From the NCBI GenBank assembly GCA_963662945.1, contig OY759974.1, positions 1,120,001-1,184,000 on the forward strand: a DNA stretch of 64,000 nt, written 5' to 3'. Under the pieces are notes generated by a model that had not been told where the DNA came from, made no database searches, and was given only the letters and a program-made list of their open reading frames with translations. Source of the stretch: Arcobacteraceae bacterium (lineage in GTDB: Bacteria; Campylobacterota; Campylobacteria; Campylobacterales; Arcobacteraceae). Of the stretch, positions 49,945 to 61,300 are shown piece after piece. Position numbers and translations under genes: made by a program. The first letter of the stretch is position 1; each line of letters opens with the position of its first letter.

Positions 49945-51300
49945 GTGTTTGATACTTTAACAAGTTCATTTAAGTCTGTTGTTGGAAAAATTAGATACAA
50001 AGATGATGCTAATGCTTTAAAAAAAGCTATTACTGAACTTAAGAAATCACTTTTAAAAGCAGATGTACACCATAAAACTACAAAAGAACTCCTAACTCAA
50101 GTAGAATTAGAAACAAAAGCAAATGGAATTGGGCAAGATTCCTTTTTAAAAGCTCTAAGAAACTCACTTACTACAATTCTTACAACAAATGGAAATCAAG
50201 GATTTGTATATAGTAATAAAGCGCCTTTAACAACTATTCTTATGACTGGTCTTCAAGGAAGTGGTAAAACCACTACAACGGGAAAACTAGCAAATTATCT
50301 TAAAATGAGAAACAAAAAAGTTTTAGTTGCAGCTGCCGATTTACAAAGACTTGCAGCAGTTGAACAATTAAAACAAATTGGTGCACAGATAGATGTAGAT
50401 GTTTATTTTGAAGAGGGTGAAACAAATCCAGTAAAAATTGCTCTTAACGCTAAGAAAAAAGCACAAACAGAACTTTATGATGTTCTGTTTATAGATACAG
50501 CAGGTCGTCTTGCTATCGATGAAGCTTTAATGAATGAATTAAAAGATGTTAAAGATGCGGTAGAACCTGATGAAATATTTTATGTTGCAGATTCATTAAC
50601 AGGACATGATGCTACAAAAACTGCAACTACATTTAAAGAAAAAATTGGAATCGATGGTGTAATTTTATCAAAATATGATGGTGATACAAAAGGTGGAGTG
50701 GCTATCTCTATTGCTCACCAAGTACAAGTACCGCTAAGATTTGTTGGTATTGGTGAAAAAATGCCAGATATTGAACCATTTATTCCAGATAGAATTGTTT
50801 CAAGACTTATGGGTGCTGGAGATGTTGAAGGTTTAAGTGAAAAAGCAGCGGCAGTTATCGATGAGAAAAAAGCAAAAGAAGTTACGAAAAAAATTAAAAA
50901 AGGTGAATTTAACTTTAATGACTTCTTAGAACAACTAGAGATGATGAAAAAACTGGGAAGTATGAAATCTATTTTAGGAATGATTCCAGGTATGTCTGGT
51001 ATGGCAAATCAACTTAAAGATATGGATTTAGAAAGTTCAGGAGAGATTGTAAGAATCAAAGCACTGATCTCTTCTATGACACCAAAAGAGAGAGAAACTC
51101 CTGATATTATCAATGTTTCAAGAAAAAAGAGACTCTCTCGTGGTGCTGGACTTTCTGAAGTTCAAGTAAATAAAATCTTGAAACAATTTAAAAATGCTGC
51201 AAAAATGGCAAAAAAAATGTCAGGTAAAGGTGGCATGAAAGATATGCAAAAGCTTATGTCTCAAATGGGACAAGGTGGCATACCTAACTTACCTAGATAG
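49945..51300 (+). CDS. ffh: Signal recognition particle protein
   Basis: GLQGSGKTT, DTAGR, Met-rich M domain. Confidence 0.97.
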   Translation: MFDTLTSSFKSVVGKIRYKDDANALKKAITELKKSLLKADVHHKTTKELLTQVELETKANGIGQDSFLKALRNSLTTILTTNGNQGFVYSNKAPLTTILMTGLQGSGKTTTTGKLANYLKMRNKKVLVAAADLQRLAAVEQLKQIGAQIDVDVYFEEGETNPVKIALNAKKKAQTELYDVLFIDTAGRLAIDEALMNELKDVKDAVEPDEIFYVADSLTGHDATKTATTFKEKIGIDGVILSKYDGDTKGGVAISIAHQVQVPLRFVGIGEKMPDIEPFIPDRIVSRLMGAGDVEGLSEKAAAVIDEKKAKEVTKKIKKGEFNFNDFLEQLEMMKKLGSMKSILGMIPGMSGMANQLKDMDLESSGEIVRIKALISSMTPKERETPDIINVSRKKRLSRGAGLSEVQVNKILKQFKNAAKMAKKMSGKGGMKDMQKLMSQMGQGGIPNLPR

Positions 51301-51393
51301 AGTATTTAATACTCTGTGTTAAGTGCTAAGTATTAATATTAATATTTAGTTCTTAACACAAAAGTTAAAAAACAAAAATTAAAAGGAAAAAAA

Positions 51394-51624
51394 ATGACAG
51401 TAATTAGACTTACAAGAATGGGAAGAAACAAAAAACCATTTTACAGAATCGTTGTAACAGATAGTAGAAAAAGAAGAGATTCAGGTTGGATTGAATCAAT
51501 TGGTTACTACAACCCAGTAGCAGAGCCAAAAGTATTAAAATTTGATCAAGAAAGACTTGACTACTGGCTAAGTGTTGGTGCTCAACCATCTGAAAAAGTA
51601 GCAAAATTAACTGCTAAAAAATAA
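51394..51624 (+). CDS. rpsP: 30S ribosomal protein S16
   Basis: [19 protein letters not shown]. Confidence 0.97.
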   Translation: MTVIRLTRMGRNKKPFYRIVVTDSRKRRDSGWIESIGYYNPVAEPKVLKFDQERLDYWLSVGAQPSEKVAKLTAKK

Positions 51625-51629
51625 TACTA

Positions 51630-51869
51630 ATGACAGCTGAATTTGTTTCTACTTACGCTAAGATGATTGTTAGCCATCCTGAGGATATTAAAGTTGAAGT
51701 AAAAGAGATTAATGAATCTTTTTTTGAAATAACAATCATTGCAAATAGTGTTGATATAGGGAAACTTATCGGAAAAAATGGAAATATGATTAATGCCATG
51801 AAAACTATTTTAAATGGTTGTAAAGCAAAAGATGGTATTTCCTATAAAATCCAAGTAATTTCTCATTAA
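51630..51869 (+). CDS. khpA: KH-domain RNA-binding protein (KhpA-like)
   Basis: DIGKLIGKNG; lies between rpsP and rimM. Confidence 0.85.
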   Translation: MTAEFVSTYAKMIVSHPEDIKVEVKEINESFFEITIIANSVDIGKLIGKNGNMINAMKTILNGCKAKDGISYKIQVISH

Positions 51870-51988
51870 TAAAATAAATAATTTTATTTTTTGAGAAATT
51901 AGGGATATGTTTGTGAATCATAAGTTCACACATATTCTTATTGTGAATTAATATATTGTAAGATAATAACTAAATAAAAGGCTTATAA

Positions 51989-52516
51989 ATGGAAAAGATT
52001 TACGTAGCAAAACTTGGGAAAACAGTTGGTCTTAAAGGACAACAAAAACTTCATATAGATTCAGACTTTCCTGAACAATTCAAAAAAAATGCAAAATTTA
52101 TCACAGACAAAAATCAAGAACTTATTGTAGAATCATATAATACTGTAAACAATGTTGTAAAATTTGTAGGTATTGATACCATAGATGATGCAAAAAAGCT
52201 TACCAATAGACAACTTTTCAGCTCAATTGAGGATACTAAAGAATCTTGTAAACTTAAATCTAAAGAATTTTTTTGGTTTGATATTATGGATTGTATTATT
52301 ATAGAAGATGATAATATTTTAGGGAAAGTAATAGATATTCAAAGAATGCCTCTTTCAGATTATCTTCTCATTGAAACAACCAAAGAACTTGTAGATAATA
52401 AAAAACTTTCATCACAGTTTTTAATACCTTATATTGATGATTATATTATCAGTGTTGAGATAAATAATAAAAAAATATTTACGAAAAATAGCTATTTAAT
52501 TTTAGAAAATAGCTAG
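51989..52516 (+). CDS. rimM: Ribosome maturation factor RimM
   Basis: LGKTVGLKG, EFFWFDI, FLIPY. Confidence 0.92.
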   Translation: MEKIYVAKLGKTVGLKGQQKLHIDSDFPEQFKKNAKFITDKNQELIVESYNTVNNVVKFVGIDTIDDAKKLTNRQLFSSIEDTKESCKLKSKEFFWFDIMDCIIIEDDNILGKVIDIQRMPLSDYLLIETTKELVDNKKLSSQFLIPYIDDYIISVEINNKKIFTKNSYLILENS

Positions 52517-52626
52517 TTTTGGTACTTTTCTGATACTTTAATAAAACTAACTAAATAATTTTCTCTAAATATAATAATTTATTTGCTATAATAGGTATAA
52601 AGTAAGCTAATTAGGAACACTATAAA

Positions 52627-53640
52627 ATGAAAAGAATTGTTATAAACAATCCGTACGATATGCATCTACATTTAAGAGATAACGATATGTTAAAGTTGGT
52701 TGCACCATTAACATCAGAAACTTTTTCTGGTGCAATTGTGATGCCAAATCTTGTACCACCTGTAGATACAAAAGAAGCTGTCATTGCATATAAAAATAGA
52801 ATTTTAGAGGCTATCAAACCAAGTGATAACTTTACACCTTTCATGACGCTATTTTTTAAACCGTATTCAAAAGAGTTCCTAAAAAATGTTAGGGAAGAAA
52901 TACATGCTATTAAACTCTATCCAGCTGGTATTACTACAAATAGTGAAGGTGGTGTAGAATCAATAGACACTGTTGCATTAGCCCCAACACTTAATGCGAT
53001 GGCTGAATTAGATATTCCTTTATGTGTTCATGGGGAAACAAATGGTTTTGTAATGGACAGAGAAAAAGAGTTTATGAGTGTTTATGAAGCACTTGCTATT
53101 GCTTTTCCTAAACTAAAAATTATTATGGAACATATCACTACAAGAGATGCTGTAGAATTATTACAAAAATATGATAACCTTTATGCAACAATTACCCTTC
53201 ATCATCTTTTAATTACTCTTGATGATGTGGCTGGAGGTATGTTACAACCTCATTTATTTTGTAAACCAATAGCAAAAAGACCTATTGATAGAGAAGCATT
53301 ACTAAAAATAGCACTAAGTGGTAATCCAAAAGTAATGTTTGGAAGTGATAGTGCTCCACATCCGCAAGAAGCAAAAGAAAGTTGCGGTTGTGCTGCTGGA
53401 GTATTTACGGCACCTATTGCTTTGCAAGTATTAGCTCAAATTTTTGATGAAAATGGTAAATTAGAGAATTTACAAGATTTTGTAAGCACTAATGCTTCTA
53501 AAATTTATAATTTACAACCATCTTCAAAATCAATCACTTTAATTCAAAAAGATTTTTTAGTTCCTAAAGTATATGAAAAGAATGGACTTAAAGTTATTCC
53601 TATGTATGCTGGACAAACAATAAAATGGAGTACTGAATGA
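52627..53640 (+). CDS. pyrC: Dihydroorotase
   Basis: DMHLHLR, MPNL, KLYPAG.TTNS, GSDSAPH. Confidence 0.95.
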   Translation: MKRIVINNPYDMHLHLRDNDMLKLVAPLTSETFSGAIVMPNLVPPVDTKEAVIAYKNRILEAIKPSDNFTPFMTLFFKPYSKEFLKNVREEIHAIKLYPAGITTNSEGGVESIDTVALAPTLNAMAELDIPLCVHGETNGFVMDREKEFMSVYEALAIAFPKLKIIMEHITTRDAVELLQKYDNLYATITLHHLLITLDDVAGGMLQPHLFCKPIAKRPIDREALLKIALSGNPKVMFGSDSAPHPQEAKESCGCAAGVFTAPIALQVLAQIFDENGKLENLQDFVSTNASKIYNLQPSSKSITLIQKDFLVPKVYEKNGLKVIPMYAGQTIKWSTE

Positions 53641-55586
53641 TAAAAAAACTTTTCAAAAAAGAACATTCAAATGAAACATTTGCACTAGAACTAACAAAAA
53701 AGAAATTTGATGAAAACTGGCTTCTAGAAGGTTTAAAATCAGACTATATTGATATTAATCACAAAGATAAAGATGGCGATACTTTCTTAACAAAATGTGT
53801 TAAAGAGGGACGATTTAATGCCGCTGAATGGCTTATTAAAAATGGTGCCGATATTAATCTTAAAAATAATAGTGGCAAAAATGCACTTGAAATAGCAGTT
53901 GAAAAAAATAATTTACCTATAGTAAAAGGGTTGTTAGATCTAGGAAAAATTGACGTCAATCAAAAAGATATGTCAGGAAGAAGTTTACTTCAAAATGTTG
54001 TTGTTTGGGGAAATCATCAAATGGCAAAGATACTTTTACACTATGGTGCAGATGTTAATAGTATAGATAACTACGGTAGAATAGTTTTATATGATGCATT
54101 GGCATATGGAGACCAACACTTCTTACGATACTTACTATCTCTTGATAAACTCAATATAAATCATATTGATGATGAGGGTAATACTCTTATGCAATATCCA
54201 GAAGTTACAAAAAATGATTCTATTGCAAAAGATATATTAGTAGCGGGGATAGATCCCACTATAACAAAGGAAGATGAAGAATCATTTTTATATAAAACTA
54301 TGTTAAGAGATGATAAAGATTCAGAATCTGTTTTTGATGTAGCATTAGAACATGGCGCAAATGTAAATGCACGAACACTTGATGGAAATACAATTCTTGT
54401 TAAACTTATCTACATAGCTTCTATGCTTCCTCAAAATGAAAAAGCAAAAAGAAATTTATATCTTAGTAGAGCGAAAAAAATGATTGAAAATCATGGGGAT
54501 TTAAACGTTCTTGATCCAAATGGTGAAACAATTTTATTTCATGCAATACGACAAAAAGATATGGATTTAATCAATTTTCTTCTTACGTATGGAATTGATG
54601 CAAATATCCAAGATGCTACAGGGAAACCTGTTCTTGAATATGCTGTATATTATGGTATAGAAAGAATAGATTTGATTTTGTTACTTATCAATCATGGTGC
54701 TAATCCAAAGCAAAAGAACAAACAAGGAAAATGTATTTACGAAATTCTTAATGATATTATTCTTCACCAATACGGAACAAAACTTATTGTAGAAAAAGAA
54801 CTAATATCAAAAATTGAGAAAAATGGACAGTATATAGAGATTGTAAAAAAATTCTTAGAGATAAATAATGCAAATGAAGAAAAAGTAGATTACCTTGATT
54901 CTACTGGTGATCCATTATTTTTTAAACCACTTATTTATGATCATTTTGTACTTTTTAGAGTATATATAAAATTTGGGCTTGATATACATGCAAAAAATAA
55001 AGCAAATCATAATATCTTTTTTGAGTATGTACTCAAAGTCTTTGAAAAAAATGACAACTCTTTAAAAGCCTGTGATAATTTCCAACACAATCTTACAAAT
55101 CTTATTAGTAGTAAAATAGATAAAAACTATCAAGATGCATTAGGATGGACAATATTACATAAAGTAGTGGGAACTCCTTGTGATGAAAAACTTTTTGATA
55201 TTTTAACAACAGTTGTTCCTTTTGATTATACCATAGTTGATCACCTAGGAAGAAGTGTTATCCATAATGCAGTTTGGGGAAATAAGAAAAATATTATTAA
55301 AAAAATAGCAACGCTTTCAAAAGATAGTATTAATATAGAAGATTCTTATAATATTTTACCAATGGTATATGCAGCACTTCTAGGAAATAGAGAAATCGTT
55401 TTAGAATTTTTAAGATTAGGTTCATTTATCCATTCAAAGAAAAAAATAGATCCTAAAGCTATCAAAAAATTTAGTCCAATGTTAAAAAACCTTGAAAAAC
55501 TGACTGAAGGTGTAGAGGACTTATCTGACTTACAAAACTTAAATACCGTTAGAGAACAAGTTAAAAAAGACTTCGGTGTTCTTTAA
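53637..55586 (+). CDS. Ankyrin-repeat protein
   Basis: Multiple G.T.L...GAD.N repeats; 649 aa. Confidence 0.88.
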   Translation: MIKKLFKKEHSNETFALELTKKKFDENWLLEGLKSDYIDINHKDKDGDTFLTKCVKEGRFNAAEWLIKNGADINLKNNSGKNALEIAVEKNNLPIVKGLLDLGKIDVNQKDMSGRSLLQNVVVWGNHQMAKILLHYGADVNSIDNYGRIVLYDALAYGDQHFLRYLLSLDKLNINHIDDEGNTLMQYPEVTKNDSIAKDILVAGIDPTITKEDEESFLYKTMLRDDKDSESVFDVALEHGANVNARTLDGNTILVKLIYIASMLPQNEKAKRNLYLSRAKKMIENHGDLNVLDPNGETILFHAIRQKDMDLINFLLTYGIDANIQDATGKPVLEYAVYYGIERIDLILLLINHGANPKQKNKQGKCIYEILNDIILHQYGTKLIVEKELISKIEKNGQYIEIVKKFLEINNANEEKVDYLDSTGDPLFFKPLIYDHFVLFRVYIKFGLDIHAKNKANHNIFFEYVLKVFEKNDNSLKACDNFQHNLTNLISSKIDKNYQDALGWTILHKVVGTPCDEKLFDILTTVVPFDYTIVDHLGRSVIHNAVWGNKKNIIKKIATLSKDSINIEDSYNILPMVYAALLGNREIVLEFLRLGSFIHSKKKIDPKAIKKFSPMLKNLEKLTEGVEDLSDLQNLNTVREQVKKDFGVL

Positions 55587-55599
55587 AGTGAGATAAATA

Positions 55600-57543
55600 T
55601 TGTTAAAAAGATTTTTAAAAAACAATCTTATTAACAATAGTTCTTTCTTACAAGAGCTTTATAAACCTAAATTTAATAAGCAAATTTTACAAGAACTTAT
55701 TCTCAATAAAAAAATCAATATAAATTTTAAAGATTCAAAAGGAAATAGTTATTTAAATAATTGTATTCTTGATAACAAGTTCGAATCTGCTTTATGGCTC
55801 ATAGAACAAGGGATAGATGTCACTATTGAAAATAATAAAAATCAATCTTCATTTCATCTTTGTCTTGAGAATGAAAATCCAAAAATTCTCTCTAAAATTC
55901 TTCAACAAGAAAAAATCAATATTAATGAAAAAGATAAATTTGGAAGAATTCCTCTACAAGATTTAGTTGTGGATGGTAAAATTGAATTAGCAAAACTGCT
56001 TATTAAGTTTGGTGCAGATATCAATTCACAAGATAAACATCATCGTAATGTAATTTTTGATGCTTTGTCATATGGTGATGAAAATTTTATAGTGTATCTT
56101 TTATCTCTTGATGACCCTAAAATAGACTTAAATAATGTAGATGATAACCTCAATACTATTATGCATCATAGTGAAGTTACTTCAAATGATACTATAGCTG
56201 AAAAGCTTATTGATGCAGGTGCTGATGTAACTATTAAAAATGCTAAAGGGGAAACTTTTTTATGTAATGCAGCATTAAGGGGCGAACAGGCTAAAAAATT
56301 AGTTGAGCTAGCTTTACAAAAAGGAGCAGATGTTAATTCAAAAGTAAATCAAGATAACACGATTTTTATAGAGCTTATGAAAACATTTGCTCAATTACCA
56401 CATCATGAAGTGGACAGAAGAAGAAACCTTTTAGAAATGGCTAAACTCATCATAAATTATGGAGGAGATATTGATGCTGTTAATGCAGACCATGAAACGG
56501 CCCTATTCCAAGCTATACGGGCTAGAGATTTCACTCTTATCTCCTACCTACTAAAACTTGGAGTAAATCCAAATATTATAAATAAATATGGAAGGACAGT
56601 ACTTCTTGAAGTAGTTTATCAAGGAATAGAAAGTTTAGATATATTACTTCTATTATTGGAATATGGAGCTGATCCAATAATCAAAAATCTCAAAGGACAA
56701 ACTATCTTTGAAACACTTAATGATATCATTCTTCATACACATCAAAAAAAATATTTAGATGATGATCAACTTATATCTATGATTGATTTAAATGGACAAT
56801 ACATGGTTCTTTTAAAAGAATTACTAAAACAAAACAAAGCAGATCTTAACTTCTTAGGTGCTTCAGGTCAACCATTATTCTTTGAACCATTATTATATGA
56901 TGATGGACAGCTATTTCGTCTTTATCTAAATACTGATATTAATCTTCATATGACAAATAAAGCTGGTCACAACCTTTTTTATGAATATGTATTAAAAGTT
57001 TTTCAAGACAATGATACAACTGTTAAGTTTCAAGACAATCTTAGTCGTCTTATTAGTAAAAAAATCAACCATAATTTTCAAGATGCTTTAGGTTGGACAG
57101 TATTACATAAAATAATGGAAACAAAATCAAATGAAAATCTTTTTGAAATATTAGTTAAAATTGTAAAATTCGATTTAACAATTACAGACAACCTTGGAAG
57201 AACAGCACTTCATAATGCAATTTGGCATAATAATCATAAAATGATAGCTGCTTTGAATAAAGTAGACTATACACTTATAAATAAAGAAGATATTTACGGA
57301 ATCACCCCAATAAAATATGCTGCGTTACTTGGTTCTCAAAGTTTAGTTTTACTTATTATAAGTTTGAAAGCCGAGATTACAGGGGGATATAAAATACCTC
57401 AAAAAGCAGCAAAAAAATTTAATCCTATGCTTCAAAATCTTCCAAAATTAAAAGAAAATCTTACAGATGAATATTTAATTGAAAGAATAGATACATTAAT
57501 ACGCCAAATCTATATTGATTTTGGCGCGTCATGTGAATTGTAG
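55600..57543 (+). CDS. Ankyrin-repeat protein, paralog of the upstream gene
   Basis: Same repeats and shared blocks (DALxYGD, PLFFxPL.YD, QDALGWT.LHK); 647 aa. Confidence 0.88.
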   Translation: MLKRFLKNNLINNSSFLQELYKPKFNKQILQELILNKKININFKDSKGNSYLNNCILDNKFESALWLIEQGIDVTIENNKNQSSFHLCLENENPKILSKILQQEKININEKDKFGRIPLQDLVVDGKIELAKLLIKFGADINSQDKHHRNVIFDALSYGDENFIVYLLSLDDPKIDLNNVDDNLNTIMHHSEVTSNDTIAEKLIDAGADVTIKNAKGETFLCNAALRGEQAKKLVELALQKGADVNSKVNQDNTIFIELMKTFAQLPHHEVDRRRNLLEMAKLIINYGGDIDAVNADHETALFQAIRARDFTLISYLLKLGVNPNIINKYGRTVLLEVVYQGIESLDILLLLLEYGADPIIKNLKGQTIFETLNDIILHTHQKKYLDDDQLISMIDLNGQYMVLLKELLKQNKADLNFLGASGQPLFFEPLLYDDGQLFRLYLNTDINLHMTNKAGHNLFYEYVLKVFQDNDTTVKFQDNLSRLISKKINHNFQDALGWTVLHKIMETKSNENLFEILVKIVKFDLTITDNLGRTALHNAIWHNNHKMIAALNKVDYTLINKEDIYGITPIKYAALLGSQSLVLLIISLKAEITGGYKIPQKAAKKFNPMLQNLPKLKENLTDEYLIERIDTLIRQIYIDFGASCEL

Positions 57544-59238
57544 TTAGAATAATTCAGTATTTAAAACTGCTCCACTACTAGCATTTGTTACTAGTGCTCT
57601 GTATTGTTTTAACCAGCTTGAATTTAGCTCTTTTTTAATAGGTGTAAATGCTGCTTTTCTTTTTGCAATCTCTTCATCACTTAAATTAACTGATAAAATA
57701 TATTTATCTACATCAATGTGTATCTCATCACCATCTTTTAAAAGACCTATCATCCCACCTTCAGCAGCTTCAGGAGAAACATGTCCAATACTAGCTCCTC
57801 TAGTTGCACCACTAAATCTTCCATCAGTTATTAAAGCAACTTTATCACCAAGTCCCATACCCATAATTAAACTTGTAGGTGCTAGCATCTCTTGCATACC
57901 AGGACCACCTTTTGGACCTTCATATCGAATAACTACTACATCACCAGCTTTTACTTTATGATTGATAATACCAGCAATTGCCTCATCTTGCGAATTAAAA
58001 CATACTGCAGTTCCTGTAAAGACTCTATCTCCTGTAATACCCGCAGTTTTAATAACAGCACCTTGTTCTGCTAAATTTCCATAAAGAATCGCTAATCCAC
58101 CAACTTCACTGTATGGATTGTCTATTGTATGGATAATAGTTGTATCTACTATTTTAGCATCTTTGATTCTCTCTTTAATTGTTTCACCAGTTATAGTTAA
58201 ATTATCAATCAAGATATCATCACCTCGTTTACTCATCTCTGCCATAACAGCACTTACTCCACCTGCTTTATCAATATCTTGCATATGTACAGTACTTAAA
58301 CTAGGAGATATTTTTGCAATATGAGAAACTCTTTTTGAAATAGTATTAATATCTTTTAATTCAAAATTAACACCTGCTTCTTTTGCAATAGCTAACATAT
58401 GTAAAACTGTATTTGAGCTTCCACCCATAGCCATATCAACTGCAAAAGCATTTCGTACTGCATTTTCATTTAAAATACTTTTAATATTGTATTTTTTCTT
58501 TTCTTCTAAATCAAGTTTTGCTAACTCACAAACTCTTCGTGCAGCTTTTCTATATAACTCTTCTCTCTCTTTTGTTAATGCTAAAATAGTTCCATTACCT
58601 GGAAGTGCTATACCCATAGCTTCCATAAGTGTATTCATAGAGTTTGCTGTAAACATTCCAGAACAACTTCCTCCACTTGGACAGGCATTACACTCAATAT
58701 CTTTTAACTCATCAGCAGTGATATCGCCATTTTCATATTTTCCAACAGCTTCAAATGCTGTTGCTAAATCTATAGGTGTACCATCTTTTGTGTATCCTTT
58801 TGCCATTGGTCCACCAGATACAAATACTGTAGGTACATTTACCCTTAATGCTCCCATAATCATCCCTGGAACGATTTTATCACAATTTGGTATAGCAATC
58901 ATTGCATCAAGTTTATGTGCATTCATAACAGTTTCTATGCTATTTGCAATAATTTCTCTACTTGGAAGTGAAAAAAGCATCCCATCATGTCCCATAGCTA
59001 TTCCATCATCAACACCAATAGTATTAAATTCAAAAGGTACACAACCATTTGCTCTTATCTCTTCTTTAATAATGTCACTTACTTTATCAAGAAAAAAGTG
59101 TCCAGGAATTATTTCTATAAATGAGTTTGCTACACCAATAAATGGTTTATCAAAATCCTCATCTTTAAGTCCTGTTGCACGAAACAAACTTCTATGTGGA
59201 GCACGTGCATGCCCTTTTTTTACCTCATCACTTCTCAT
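57544..59238 (-). CDS. ilvD: Dihydroxy-acid dehydratase
   Basis: [28 protein letters not shown]. Confidence 0.97.
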   Translation of the reverse strand: MRSDEVKKGHARAPHRSLFRATGLKDEDFDKPFIGVANSFIEIIPGHFFLDKVSDIIKEEIRANGCVPFEFNTIGVDDGIAMGHDGMLFSLPSREIIANSIETVMNAHKLDAMIAIPNCDKIVPGMIMGALRVNVPTVFVSGGPMAKGYTKDGTPIDLATAFEAVGKYENGDITADELKDIECNACPSGGSCSGMFTANSMNTLMEAMGIALPGNGTILALTKEREELYRKAARRVCELAKLDLEEKKKYNIKSILNENAVRNAFAVDMAMGGSSNTVLHMLAIAKEAGVNFELKDINTISKRVSHIAKISPSLSTVHMQDIDKAGGVSAVMAEMSKRGDDILIDNLTITGETIKERIKDAKIVDTTIIHTIDNPYSEVGGLAILYGNLAEQGAVIKTAGITGDRVFTGTAVCFNSQDEAIAGIINHKVKAGDVVVIRYEGPKGGPGMQEMLAPTSLIMGMGLGDKVALITDGRFSGATRGASIGHVSPEAAEGGMIGLLKDGDEIHIDVDKYILSVNLSDEEIAKRKAAFTPIKKELNSSWLKQYRALVTNASSGAVLNTELF

Positions 59239-59341
59239 AATATCTATCCTTAAAAAATTTCTATTTTATTTGTTCGTATTATAGTTGAATTTTCATTAAT
59301 TTCAAAAAATTTGTAAATTTTTTAATTTATTGAAAAAACCC

Positions 59342-59370
59342 TTGACTTATGAAAAAGAAATCGCTATAAT
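59342..59370 (+). promoter_or_regulatory. Sigma70 promoter of the tRNA cluster
   Basis: TTGACT-N17-TATAAT. Confidence 0.8.
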
Positions 59371-59442
59371 TCCAGTCCAATTTAAGAGGAAAGCTTTTAA
59401 GTTAGGATTAATTTACCATTGATAGAGATATCAAAAATGCAT

Positions 59443-59529
59443 GCGAGTGTGGCGGAATAGGTAGACGCGTTGGACTTAAAATCCAATTCCGGTTTCGGAG
59501 TATCGGTTCAATTCCGATCATTCGCACCA
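59443..59529 (+). tRNA. tRNA-Leu(TAA)
   Basis: Acceptor GCGAGTG/CATTCGC, anticodon loop CTTAAAA, long variable arm, encoded CCA. Confidence 0.95.
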
Positions 59530-59580
59530 TAACTTTAAAAATGATACTAAAAGTATCTTTTTTTTTGTATCATTAAATGT

Positions 59581-59669
59581 AGAGAGTTGCCAGAGTTGGT
59601 CGAATGGACCGGTTTTGAAAACCGGCGAGGGTCACACCTCCGAGGGTTCGAATCCCTTGCTCTCTGCCA
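59581..59669 (+). tRNA. tRNA-Ser(TGA)
   Basis: Acceptor AGAGAGT/GCTCTCT, anticodon loop TTTGAAA, long variable arm, GCCA end. Confidence 0.93.
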
Positions 59670-59703
59670 CTAAATCAAAAATTAGCCAAATAATAAAATA
59701 CCT

Positions 59704-59780
59704 GTCAGGGTAGCTCAGCTGGCTAGAGCGCTGGTCTCATAAGCCGGAGGTCGAGAGTTCAAGTCTCTCTCCTGACACCA
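59704..59780 (+). tRNA. tRNA with CAT anticodon (elongator Met or Ile2; not initiator)
   Basis: GTCAGGG/TCCTGAC acceptor with paired 1-72, loop CTCATAA, encoded CCA. Confidence 0.93.
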
Positions 59781-59822
59781 TTTAATCTATCTTTTAATTA
59801 AATTCAAATATTTTACACTACA

Positions 59823-59936
59823 TTATGTATTACTTACTAAAAAAATTCCTACATTAAAAGCAAATACTGCTATAACTGTTAATATGTATGGCAAAACAGT
59901 TGGCTTTATAACTTGTTCGAACTTTTCATTTTTCAA
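59823..59936 (-). CDS. 37-aa single-TM micro-protein
   Basis: TTG start after AAAGGA; MKNEKFEQVIKPTVLPYILTVIAVFAFNVGIFLVSNT. Confidence 0.45.
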   Translation of the reverse strand: MKNEKFEQVIKPTVLPYILTVIAVFAFNVGIFLVSNT

Positions 59937-60025
59937 AACTTATCCTTTCTTATATTTATAAAATAATATTATAATACCAAAAAGTTTAAACTAACTTTGT
60001 ATTATAACTTTATTTATTATATAAA

Positions 60026-61300
60026 TCAAAAAAGCTCCCCTCCACTTTTTATAATATCTATACCAAATTTATCCCTTAATTGTTGTAAAGACTTAGTTAA
60101 TTTTAATTGTTTTGTATCTTCTTCATAGTTCAATAAATCCATAGTTATATTTTTGTTCTCTTCAAAATTTGAAAGTGTTATATTCACTTGTATTATATTA
60201 TGTGTAGGATGAATATCTATTTTATCAAAGAGCTTGATAATCTCTTTTTTTAAATGTTGTTCATTAAATAATCTATTAAAATTTACAAAGTCTTTACTCT
60301 TAGCCCCATATTGATATCGTATTTTTAATGCATATGTTAATGGGTTATGTTTTCCTTTTAAAGCTAAAAAACTTAAATGCCTGCAAAGAATTGTTAATCT
60401 TCTTTTTATTTCATCTCTATCATTAAGAGCATCCCATGTACGACCAAGACCTATTGACTTTTTTTCTCTCTCTGTAGATATTGAAATAGGTTCATTTTCC
60501 AAACCACAAACTCTATTATAAAGTTGAACACCAGGTTTACCCCACTTTTCAAAAAGATATTTTTTATCTTTTATATCGCCTAATGTCTTTATCCCATGTC
60601 CCAACAATCTTTTTTGATATCCTTTTCCAATACCTGCAAACATTGCTATTGGGACATCTTTTATAAATTCATCTAGTTCTTCTTGTTTGATGAGCTTTAC
60701 CCCATTTGGCTTTGCAAACTCTGTGGCTAATTTAGCCATCCATTTCGTTTTAGCAATTCCTACTGATACGGGTAATCCTAATTCATCTAAAATTTGTTTT
60801 TTTATATTTTTCCCAAAAAGAAAAGCCTCTTCATCTTTAATCCAACCCGTTATATCTCCAAAAAATTCATCAATAGAAAACTGCTCAATCAAAGGTATCT
60901 CTTTTTCAAGTAGTAATTTTAATTTATTGGATAATTCATGATACAAAGGATAATTTGGAGGTAATACCTTTAACTGTGGACACCAGCGTAATGCTTCAGC
61001 AACAGGCATTGCAGTTTTTACTCCATAATTTCTGGCTTCATAACTTGATGTAGTCAATATCCCCCTTATTCTTCCATCAGGATCTACAAAATAATCTTCA
61101 AAAGTTTTATCATCATTACTACTTAATATGGAACTAGTAAATGCACCTCCTATTTTACTTAAATGTCTTGTTTGTTTTGTTTTTTCAAAAATTGATAAGT
61201 TACTCCTTCCCCCTACTGCTAATGGGATATTTTCTAAATGAGGATTATTTATTCTATGCGCTGATACAAAAAAACAATCAATATCTATATGAAGTTTCAT
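60026..61300 (-). CDS. dinB: Y-family DNA polymerase IV
   Basis: HIDIDCFF, SYEAR.YGV, SIDE, AKPNG. Confidence 0.92.
   Translation of the reverse strand: MKLHIDIDCFFVSAHRINNPHLENIPLAVGGRSNLSIFEKTKQTRHLSKIGGAFTSSILSSNDDKTFEDYFVDPDGRIRGILTTSSYEARNYGVKTAMPVAEALRWCPQLKVLPPNYPLYHELSNKLKLLLEKEIPLIEQFSIDEFFGDITGWIKDEEAFLFGKNIKKQILDELGLPVSVGIAKTKWMAKLATEFAKPNGVKLIKQEELDEFIKDVPIAMFAGIGKGYQKRLLGHGIKTLGDIKDKKYLFEKWGKPGVQLYNRVCGLENEPISISTEREKKSIGLGRTWDALNDRDEIKRRLTILCRHLSFLALKGKHNPLTYALKIRYQYGAKSKDFVNFNRLFNEQHLKKEIIKLFDKIDIHPTHNIIQVNITLSNFEENKNITMDLLNYEEDTKQLKLTKSLQQLRDKFGIDIIKSGGELF

Noticed and set aside
58487-59284. 265-aa plus-strand ORF
   Set aside because: Antisense shadow of ilvD with no recognisable motifs.
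59443-59780. tRNA cluster as an integration site
   Set aside because: No integrase and no duplicated tRNA 3' end seen nearby.
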